A DNA stretch of 32,000 nucleotides from Thermosulfurimonas dismutans. GTDB lineage: Bacteria > Desulfobacterota > Thermodesulfobacteria > Thermodesulfobacteriales > Thermodesulfobacteriaceae. Shown in pieces: positions 8,084 to 15,057 of this stretch. Each line of letters opens with the position of its first letter. The stretch's first letter is position 1. The translations under genes and the position numbers were made by a program. The notes beneath the pieces were generated by a model, which searched no databases, was not told the DNA's origin, and saw only the letters and a list, made by a program, of their open reading frames with translations. Where the stretch lies: assembly GCF_001652585.1 (NCBI RefSeq), contig NZ_LWLG01000008.1, positions 1 to 32,000 of the forward strand, in the 5' to 3' direction.

Positions 8084-8588
8084 GGGACACCTCCTCTAAA
8101 GCGTGAGAAATTTTCGCCAATAAATGAGAAATATTGGTGGAATCCTCTCTCACTCCGTAACGAAGGATAAGGCCAGAAAGAGCAAAAATGACAATTCCGA
8201 ATAAAGTCGAGCTTATCCCCTGTCCTGTGCGCACCGCCATCTGAGCCACGGCTTTGGTGTCAAAACCGTGTTTGAAACCCAGGGTCCCCGAACTAAACCC
8301 AAGAAGTGTTCCAATAAACCCCAGAAGTGGTGCCAGGAAACAGATGACCCGCAGTAGCTCCGTGGTTACATCCTTGCTTCTCAAGCGTCCAAACGGTAAA
8401 ATGAAGACCACTGCGAGAACGAAAACCGCCATAGGCACAAGAAGAACAGTTGTTGGCCCTATATAACCCCAAAGGAATCTTAAAATTGTAACTAAATTGT
8501 AAGGTAAATTGAAAAGGGTCAACATTAACACCACAACGGAAATCAAGATGAAAGAGAAGTCTGCAAGCTTATTGAAGTTCGCTTTCAT
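8076..8588 (-). CDS. MotA/TolQ/ExbB-family proton-channel protein
   Basis: 170 aa with three predicted TM segments. The signature block is LAPLLGFIGTLLGF....GQGISSTLFGIVIFALSGL. A GGGGGTGA Shine-Dalgarno lies upstream. Confidence 0.8.
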   Translation of the reverse strand: MKANFNKLADFSFILISVVVLMLTLFNLPYNLVTILRFLWGYIGPTTVLLVPMAVFVLAVVFILPFGRLRSKDVTTELLRVICFLAPLLGFIGTLLGFSSGTLGFKHGFDTKAVAQMAVRTGQGISSTLFGIVIFALSGLILRYGVREDSTNISHLLAKISHALEEVSHE

Positions 8589-8604
8589 TTTCTCACCCCC
8601 TGTG

Positions 8605-8645
8605 AAAAAAATTAAATAAGGAGAGGCCGCCTCTTGGGCCTCTCC
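8605..8645 (-). terminator. Intrinsic terminator or attenuator inside the envelope gene cluster
   Basis: A perfect 9-bp GC-rich stem, ggagaggcc (8620-8628) with ggcctctcc (8637-8645), and an 8-nt loop. On the minus strand ttatttaattttttt follows. Confidence 0.65.
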
Positions 8646-8655
8646 CGCAAGGAGT

Positions 8656-9519
8656 TTAATACTGGCCTACACTGTTCAAGTCGGCGAAGGGATAATCAGC
8701 CTCCGGTGTGTCCCCCCTTACGCTACTCAAAACTTCGGCATCATACTTGTGATACCGTGAATAATTTTTCACAATATTGTAATATGTTGGTTTTAAACGA
8801 AAGACCTGATTCGTAATATTTGTCTGCACAAACTGATAAATGTTCCGAAAAATTTCACCCCTCTCTTCCTCAAGCAGAGACAAAGAGGCACGGATAGAAG
8901 CGGCCAGATCCGTCAAATAATCGATTTGTTCCTGGAAGCTAATATTATCGTTGGAACGGAAAAACCGCCTGAACCGCTCGTCCAAACTTTTTATATTGTG
9001 AGAAATAAGCGCAAGTCTGGGATTGTTGGGCGAAGATTCTAAGATGCTGTAAAAGAGATTCCGGAGCCCCACCATGATATTACTTACAATCCTCTTGTCA
9101 TCCTCCGAAAGAGGAGAAAGCTCTTCATTATCTTCCATGAGACGATAAAGCTTTTCCATCTTGGATATGGTGTTCACCAAAATATCGTGAATCTCAGCGT
9201 ATGTCTTGGCCGTAGTAGCTAGAATTTCTGCGCGCAACCGGAAATACCGCTTCGCTAAGTAGTTCCTCCTCTCCGGATCCTTAGTAGCACCGATCTCCTG
9301 GATCACTTCCTGGATCTCCCGATCAAGCTCTACAACCTTTCCCTCGTACTCCTTCTGCATATGATCGAGCCTCTTAAACGAATTTCTGATGTCTTCCTGG
9401 AGCTTGACAATCATTGTAGTCTCAACAGCAAGCGCGTATCCCACAATGTTGATCCAGGCTACCGTCACTACTAAGATCTTAAACATCACTCCTTTAATTC
9501 CTTTTATAATTCCCCTCAT
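8656..9519 (-). CDS. Membrane-anchored coiled-coil hypothetical protein
   Basis: 287 aa. N-terminal TM helix (FKILVVTVAWINIVGYALA), then long heptad-like charged helices. Confidence 0.65.
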   Translation of the reverse strand: MRGIIKGIKGVMFKILVVTVAWINIVGYALAVETTMIVKLQEDIRNSFKRLDHMQKEYEGKVVELDREIQEVIQEIGATKDPERRNYLAKRYFRLRAEILATTAKTYAEIHDILVNTISKMEKLYRLMEDNEELSPLSEDDKRIVSNIMVGLRNLFYSILESSPNNPRLALISHNIKSLDERFRRFFRSNDNISFQEQIDYLTDLAASIRASLSLLEEERGEIFRNIYQFVQTNITNQVFRLKPTYYNIVKNYSRYHKYDAEVLSSVRGDTPEADYPFADLNSVGQY

Positions 9520-9533
9520 GGCACACCTCCTCC

Positions 9534-9932
9534 TTAAGAATTATTGTTATTTCCCGTCTCTATGGAGACGGGAAATGTCGCCGTGGGTCTCCAACCCGTC
9601 TGCTTTTCAAATCGCTGTAAAATCAGCTCGTATACGAAACGGCTTACATTCAACCCCTCTTCCTTTGAGGCTATGCCGCACACAAGACGAGGATCCTTGG
9701 GAGAAACTCCGTAAGCCAGAAGCCCTACCTCCGCAGAAACAATCTCCTCCAGGTAACGCTTGCAAGCAGCCATAGGCCTTCCGCTTCTCCAGCACTCTAT
9801 CAAACCCGAAATTCCACGCTCATGCCTCTGCCAAAGCCTCTGAATCATACGCCCTCTGGAACCAGCAAAAGCTACTGAAATAACACCGAAAATCAGAGTT
9901 AAAGAGACTATGGTCACTAAATACCTCCTCAT
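9534..9932 (-). CDS. Exported hypothetical protein
   Basis: 132 aa. Signal peptide (MRRYLVTIVSLTLIFGVISVAFAG). Confidence 0.6.
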   Translation of the reverse strand: MRRYLVTIVSLTLIFGVISVAFAGSRGRMIQRLWQRHERGISGLIECWRSGRPMAACKRYLEEIVSAEVGLLAYGVSPKDPRLVCGIASKEEGLNVSRFVYELILQRFEKQTGWRPTATFPVSIETGNNNNS

Positions 9933-9944
9933 GGCTCCCCTCCT

Positions 9945-10424
9945 TTATTTAAATATTCGTTCCAGCGAAATAAGGGTCGATTCGGCTTCCTCCAGAGGAT
10001 CTCTCTCCCCCGGAGGATAAGCCTTCCCCTTATCGTTTCCTTCCCCCTTCCTCCCGGAGTATTCCCCTCCCTTACCACCATCGAAGTATTCAGAATCCCC
10101 CTTAAGCGATTTAGAATTTCGATCCCCGCCCAAATGTGACACTAAAGCTCTTGGGGCCTTCTCTCCGGCTCTCTCCGGGGTATACCCAGCTTTCCCAAAA
10201 CGACTAACCTTCCCGAATACAGTTTTAGACTCACTCTTCTCAGAGAATGCTTTACTAAGAACCTCCTTCTCATTCTCCCGATAAGCTACGGCCTCCATAG
10301 ACCTCTTGGAAACATCTCTTGTCCCCGCGATTTCCGGCGCTATCCTCGGCATAAACCAAACCGTAGCCAGCAAAAAACAACAGGAGGCCAAAATTAAGCT
10401 CGAAATGAATCTCAAAGTTTTCAT
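9945..10424 (-). CDS. Exported Gly/Lys/Glu-rich hypothetical protein
   Basis: 159 aa with an N-terminal hydrophobic segment. It overlaps the upstream gene by 4 nt. Confidence 0.55.
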   Translation of the reverse strand: MKTLRFISSLILASCCFLLATVWFMPRIAPEIAGTRDVSKRSMEAVAYRENEKEVLSKAFSEKSESKTVFGKVSRFGKAGYTPERAGEKAPRALVSHLGGDRNSKSLKGDSEYFDGGKGGEYSGRKGEGNDKGKAYPPGERDPLEEAESTLISLERIFK

Positions 10425-10891
10425 CGCTCACCTCCTTGGAAAATGGTGGCCAAAGCATCGCGGATCTCAGGAGAAACACGGAAATCCTCGGACGATTTAC
10501 CCTCCGAGATATAGCTCCCCAATTCCAACACAAACTGTGTCTCCTTGCGTAAATAGGGAAGTCCTTGCGAGACATCTTCAAGTTCGGAGGCACACTTCGA
10601 AAACATCTGGACATTGCCTTCGGATTCCAGGTAACAGAAACAGAGTTTGGTCAACAGCAAAGTCTTAATCCGGTTGCTTGAAAAAGCTGCCGTGCTGAAA
10701 AGTTGTGCTTTGTAATTTTCGGCCTCATAACAGTCGTGCCCGGCTATGCTCTCCTCAAACCGATCCAAAAGAACCCGAGACCTTAACTTCTCCTCTTCCC
10801 AGCTGATAGTGGAGGCTCTGTAACTAAAACATCCGGTTAAAACAAACGCTAATAATGGTAAAACTAGTAAAAGCATCAAGTAATTCCTCAT
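10421..10891 (-). CDS. Putative lipoprotein
   Basis: 156 aa. Lipobox LLAFVLTGC. It overlaps the SLT gene by 4 nt. Confidence 0.7.
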   Translation of the reverse strand: MRNYLMLLLVLPLLAFVLTGCFSYRASTISWEEEKLRSRVLLDRFEESIAGHDCYEAENYKAQLFSTAAFSSNRIKTLLLTKLCFCYLESEGNVQMFSKCASELEDVSQGLPYLRKETQFVLELGSYISEGKSSEDFRVSPEIRDALATIFQGGER

Positions 10892-11439
10892 AGCACACCT
10901 CCTTTTCTGTATTTTTTCCAGGTCATTAAGACCTGTGTGGCGTATTTATGACTTTCCCGGGGAATGCGTCCCTTCCTTACGGCTTCAGGACCGGCATGAT
11001 AGGCCAGCAAAGCCTTATAGTGATCACCATTAAACCGATCAAGAAGCATGCGATAGTAACGAGCCCCTGCGAAAATGTTTTCGCGAGGATCCCAGGGATC
11101 ACGCACCTTCAAAAACTCTATCGTTTCCGGCATCAACTGCATTAACCCTATAGCCCCTTTGTAACTTACAGCGTAAGGATTGAAGTTACTTTCGTGCTTA
11201 ATGATGGCCTTCAACAATAGAGGATCTAAATCGTATACATAAGCTGCCTCTTCAATGTAAGTTTCTATTGAGTAATTGTAGTTTACAAATTTATGATTAC
11301 TGACAATTTTAGTGTTGATTAACATCCTCGTGAAAGATACTAGCTCCTGAAACTTTTTAAGCTCTGTAGAGTCATAAGCCCAAACTGATTGAATTTTTAT
11401 GCTGAGTACCAATATAGCTATAACCATTCTCCAGTACAT
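10888..11439 (-). CDS. Soluble lytic transglycosylase (SLT domain) protein
   Basis: 183 aa. Signal peptide plus the canonical SLT motif HESNFNPYAVSYKGAIGLMQLMPET. Confidence 0.9.
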   Translation of the reverse strand: MYWRMVIAILVLSIKIQSVWAYDSTELKKFQELVSFTRMLINTKIVSNHKFVNYNYSIETYIEEAAYVYDLDPLLLKAIIKHESNFNPYAVSYKGAIGLMQLMPETIEFLKVRDPWDPRENIFAGARYYRMLLDRFNGDHYKALLAYHAGPEAVRKGRIPRESHKYATQVLMTWKKYRKGGVL

Positions 11440-11476
11440 CTTTACTTCTCCTATCGACCTATTCTACCCAATAATA

Positions 11477-11492
11477 TGCAATTAATGTGCCA
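11477..11492 (-). promoter_or_regulatory. Sigma-54 (-24/-12) promoter of the envelope operon
   Basis: The minus strand reads TGGCACattaaTTGCA, an exact match to TGGCAC-N5-TTGCW. The -12 GC lies 39 nt upstream of the SLT start codon, and an AGGAG Shine-Dalgarno lies between them. Confidence 0.75.
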
Positions 11493-11516
11493 AAATTTCG
11501 GAAAATAATTTGAAAA

Positions 11517-11612
11517 TTATTTGTAAGTTACTTTAGGTTACTTTGAAATTTGTTTACTAGTGGAAAGGACTTATCTTTTAGTGAGGATCAAGCTTTGAAA
11601 TTCTGTTACTTT
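11517..11612 (-). promoter_or_regulatory. Repeat-dense upstream region (candidate enhancer/UAS)
   Basis: The 15-mer ttatttgtaagttac (11517-11531) is identical to 21467-21481. gttacttt occurs three times (11527, 11537, 11605). ctttgaaatt occurs twice (11541, 11593). Confidence 0.45.
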
Positions 11613-11656
11613 CTGATAAGTGGCCTTCTCCGGGAAAAGAAAAGTCGGATCTCGAA

Positions 11657-13198
11657 TTATGCTTTTGTCGAAGGTGAAAAACCGGCATAGAAAGTACGCA
11701 CTTTCTTTAAAACCTCTTTATAAGGGTAGTCGAGCCAGAGAACATCAAGCCCGTGCTGTTTAAAACTTTTCAAACTCTCAGGATCCTTTTCGGTAGAAAT
11801 TACCAGAAGTTTGAAATGTGGGGATACCTTAAAGATCTTTTCTAAGAGGGTTAGTTTCTTCTTGACATTGGTCTCAAAATAGTTTCGGCTCCATCCTTTG
11901 AGTTTGACTTCCGCCAGAAAAATCAGTTCTTCGCCTATGACGCCGATAACATCCACCTGATAGGATTTTCTTTCGGAGGGGCTTGGCACGGTGATCTGGC
12001 CTACTTTCATGCCGGGAGGGGCCTGGGCGGCCAGCGCCTTTCTCCAGAGAAATTCGTAAAGAGGACCCAGGTGTTCGTCCGAAAGTCGCTTTTCAATGCC
12101 CTGCCAGACCACCTCCGGCTCTCGCCAGGAAGATTCCTCAAGCTCGCTTCCGAATCTTCCCAGGAAACAGAGGAAGGGATCGGAGATACGCCAGAAGAAC
12201 TTTTTCTTCTTCAGATCCCTTTTAGAAAATTCCGGATCCGGTTCAACCACACCGAGGCGCTGAAGGAGGGAAAGATAAGGAGATAGGCTAGGAATACCGG
12301 TGGCCTCCCGCAGGGCCTCCTCCCGCAAAGGTTTCCTGGAGAGGGCCACCACAATAGCCTTGAGAATGCGCCCGGCTAAAGGTTCCTCCCTGAAGACCCG
12401 GTCGAATTCCTCCCGCAGGATCGGTTCTCTGGTAAAGATCCGCATAAGGGCTTTAGAGAAATCTCCCTCTTCGAATTCCAGAGCCGCGGACAGAACCTCC
12501 CAGTTGAAGGGCACCCCTCCGAGAAGGGCATAGAGATAGAATGTTTGCCAGCGGTGGTCTTTTACCCTTAGGTCCAGATCCAGGTATTCCGCAAGATAGT
12601 CCATAGCAAGGGGACGCAGAGCCAAAGAGGCGGTGCGTCTTCCAAAAAGCGGAGCAGCCGCATCCGAAAAAGCCTCCTGCATCATGGAGACCGAGGAACC
12701 CAGAAGGATGAACATTACCGGAGATTCCGAAAGACCTTCGTCCCATAGACGCTGAATAAAGGAATCGAAGGAAGGGTATTTTTGCTCCTCAAGGCGGGTT
12801 CTCTTAAGCAGCCTGGGGAACTCATCGAGGATGAAAACGAACTTTTGGCCGGTCTCCCGGGCCCTGGCTGTAGCGGCACGGATGAAACTTTCCAGAAGAT
12901 CCATCTCAGAAAAAGCGCTTTGGGAAAGGGTTAAATAGGGCTTAAGATTCGTTTCGGAGGCCAAGCGGTTGAAACTACGGAGAAGGGCGGCGAGATTCTG
13001 GGTGAGGGTGACCTCCTGAGCCTGGAAATAAAGAACTAAAGGTTTTCCCTGACCAAACTGGCGCACAAGTCGGGTTTTGCCTACACGCCTGCGTCCGTAG
13101 ATGGTTACCAGGCTTCCACCCGGACGCCGATACTCAAACTCCAACCGCTCAAGCTCTTCCTGCCGACCTACGAATTTTTTACGCACGGATGTTATCAT
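11657..13198 (-). CDS. AAA ATPase of the Arch_ATPase/DUF234 type
   Basis: 513 aa. FVGRQEELERL...VTIYGRRRVGKTRLV (Walker A) and FVFILDEFPRL (Walker B-like). The long C-terminal region is as in DUF234 proteins. Confidence 0.75.
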   Translation of the reverse strand: MITSVRKKFVGRQEELERLEFEYRRPGGSLVTIYGRRRVGKTRLVRQFGQGKPLVLYFQAQEVTLTQNLAALLRSFNRLASETNLKPYLTLSQSAFSEMDLLESFIRAATARARETGQKFVFILDEFPRLLKRTRLEEQKYPSFDSFIQRLWDEGLSESPVMFILLGSSVSMMQEAFSDAAAPLFGRRTASLALRPLAMDYLAEYLDLDLRVKDHRWQTFYLYALLGGVPFNWEVLSAALEFEEGDFSKALMRIFTREPILREEFDRVFREEPLAGRILKAIVVALSRKPLREEALREATGIPSLSPYLSLLQRLGVVEPDPEFSKRDLKKKKFFWRISDPFLCFLGRFGSELEESSWREPEVVWQGIEKRLSDEHLGPLYEFLWRKALAAQAPPGMKVGQITVPSPSERKSYQVDVIGVIGEELIFLAEVKLKGWSRNYFETNVKKKLTLLEKIFKVSPHFKLLVISTEKDPESLKSFKQHGLDVLWLDYPYKEVLKKVRTFYAGFSPSTKA

Positions 13199-13251
13199 AA
13201 AAATTTTATAGAAAATTTCAAGAACAAAAACTCACAGCAATTATGATCCTC

Positions 13252-13281
13252 GAAATAAAAAACCGGCCTTGCGCCCGCCGG
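13252..13281 (-). terminator. Possible intrinsic terminator after the sigma-54 activator gene
   Basis: On the minus strand the stem ccggc/gccgg (13263-13267 with 13277-13281) has a 9-nt loop and is followed by ttttttatttcg. The stem is short. Confidence 0.45.
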
Positions 13282-13293
13282 AAAGGTAAAAGT

Positions 13294-15057
13294 TTAGCTA
13301 GCCATTTTCTTTTTACAAAACTCTTTCAAATCCGTCAAAGTTTTTGATCTTTTATCTAGAATTTTGAGATTATTTAAACATGGCCATCTATCAGAGTATT
13401 TTTCTAAAAGTTCAAGAATTTCTTTGGCATATTTTTTAAAAATATTATCTATATACTGCGTAGTAACTCCCTGCTTTCCTCCTCTTTCCCTACGACAGTA
13501 CTTAGCCCATTCTTTGCGAGTAAGACAATAATTCTCTGTGCCTTCAGATAATTTTTGCTCTAAAGCTTTTTTGCAAGCTTCTTCTAGCCTATTTAAAATA
13601 TCTTGAACCCGAATATATTCATCGTTTTCATCAGTTTCTATCTCTTGAGACAAGCATTTTTCTATTTCATTTTCAGTACTTGATATACGGAGATTTAAAA
13701 TTGCCCAAACATGTTTTTTAGTAACTTCAGAAACATTGGAACAGTGAATAAATATATTTTCTATTATATCTTCAAGTTCTCTAATATTTCCGGGGAAATT
13801 ATAGTTCATTAAAAACTCTATCGCATCTTCAGAAATTTCTATATTTCTATTATATTGTTTTTGAAATTTATTCCTAAAAAAATCAATTAAAGAGAGAATA
13901 TCTTCTTTATGTTCTCTAAGTGGACTAATATTTATACGAGCTGGAAAACGGGCAAATAAGTCGTTTCTAAATTTACCACTTTTAATTAATTCTTCTATAT
14001 TTTTATTAGTAGCTGCTATTATCCTTACATCGACATTAATATATTCAGTACCGCCGACACGTCTAATTCTTTTTTCTTCTATAGCTTTTAATAACTTTGC
14101 TTGTACTTCTGGAGGCATTTCTGTTATTTCATCTAAAAATATTGTGCCCCCATTTGCTAATTCAAATATTCCTCTCTTCATCCTATCAGCTCCTGTAAAA
14201 GCCCCTTTTTCATGACCAAAAAGTTCACTTTCAAGAAGCTCTTTTGGAAGATTAGCACAATTTATATCCTTATAAGGTCCCTTTCTTCTAGAACTTAACT
14301 TATGAATAACTTCTGCGATTTTAGTCTTACCTGTACCAGTTTCTCCAGTAATCAAAATATTTACATCAGATTCTGCATATAATTGTATAATTTTAAAAAG
14401 ACTTTTCATATAATCTGAATTACCAATTAATCCATAGTCTTGGGGATTGTATCTTAATTTTATTCTATCGAACTCTAAAATTTTAGTTATTTCTATAAAT
14501 TTTTTAGCAGATTTTTTTGCTTGTAAAGCTTCTAAATAGTAAATTTTACTTTTAATAGCCCAAAAAAGTAAATTAAATAAAGAATTAGCATCTTTATGGT
14601 ATGGAGGCAAAATCCTTTCTGAATCTATCCCTTTATTTTCTAAGTTCGCATAAAAACGTTTAAGCCTACTAGAATCATAAAAATGCTTCGTAAACAAAGT
14701 TATCCAGGGCAAGCCCGGATAGGAGCCTTTAATTTTTTTAAATACTTCAGGCAATATTTTATCTTGTCCAGCATATTCTTCATCCGGCCCCCAATGATCA
14801 TCAATTAATACTAAATCAAACTTTTGATTTAATTTATTGTTTCTAATGACATCAATAATCCTATCTACTTGATCTTCATGTTCATCATTTAAAACAAAAG
14901 AAATAGAAACTCTTTTTCTTAAAACTTCAGAAATAGAGTGATTAACGTTAATTTCTAAAGAAAAATTCACATTCAAATATTCTCTACAAAAAGTTTCTAA
15001 AATACCATAAATACTACCAGGATTGTCATCCAAAATTAAAATTTTAAAATCAATCAT
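13294..15057 (-). CDS. Sigma-54-dependent transcriptional activator (NtrC-family bEBP) with a REC-like N-terminal domain
   Basis: 587 aa. AAA+ sigma-54 interaction domain: ILITGETGTGKTKIAEVIH, ESELFGHEKGAFTGA (GAFTGA loop), GGTIFLDEI, RIIAATN, FPGNIRELE. The N-terminus has ILILDDN...DLVLIDD (receiver-like, with an insertion). I recognise no canonical Fis-type HTH in the C-terminal ~140 aa. Confidence 0.9.
   Translation of the reverse strand: MIDFKILILDDNPGSIYGILETFCREYLNVNFSLEINVNHSISEVLRKRVSISFVLNDEHEDQVDRIIDVIRNNKLNQKFDLVLIDDHWGPDEEYAGQDKILPEVFKKIKGSYPGLPWITLFTKHFYDSSRLKRFYANLENKGIDSERILPPYHKDANSLFNLLFWAIKSKIYYLEALQAKKSAKKFIEITKILEFDRIKLRYNPQDYGLIGNSDYMKSLFKIIQLYAESDVNILITGETGTGKTKIAEVIHKLSSRRKGPYKDINCANLPKELLESELFGHEKGAFTGADRMKRGIFELANGGTIFLDEITEMPPEVQAKLLKAIEEKRIRRVGGTEYINVDVRIIAATNKNIEELIKSGKFRNDLFARFPARINISPLREHKEDILSLIDFFRNKFQKQYNRNIEISEDAIEFLMNYNFPGNIRELEDIIENIFIHCSNVSEVTKKHVWAILNLRISSTENEIEKCLSQEIETDENDEYIRVQDILNRLEEACKKALEQKLSEGTENYCLTRKEWAKYCRRERGGKQGVTTQYIDNIFKKYAKEILELLEKYSDRWPCLNNLKILDKRSKTLTDLKEFCKKKMAS

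Noticed and set aside
9389-10668. Overlapping ORFs 9389-9775(+), 9607-9795(-), 10270-10614(-) and 10306-10668(+)
   Set aside because: They are alternative frames or antisense to tightly packed operon genes that have signal peptides and coupled starts. Their content is Arg/Pro/Ser-rich, typical of off-frame GC-rich sequence.
12071-12746. ORFs 12071-12286(+), 12300-12533(+) and 12453-12746(-) inside the DUF234 ATPase gene
   Set aside because: They are antisense or off-frame shadows of a well-supported 513-aa CDS.
13212-13241. Similarity of aaaatttcaaga...gcaat to 23856-23884, as possible att sites flanking an element spanning 13.3-23.9 kb
   Set aside because: The matches are short, AT-rich and low-complexity, with poor identity between the anchors. 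The evidence is insufficient.
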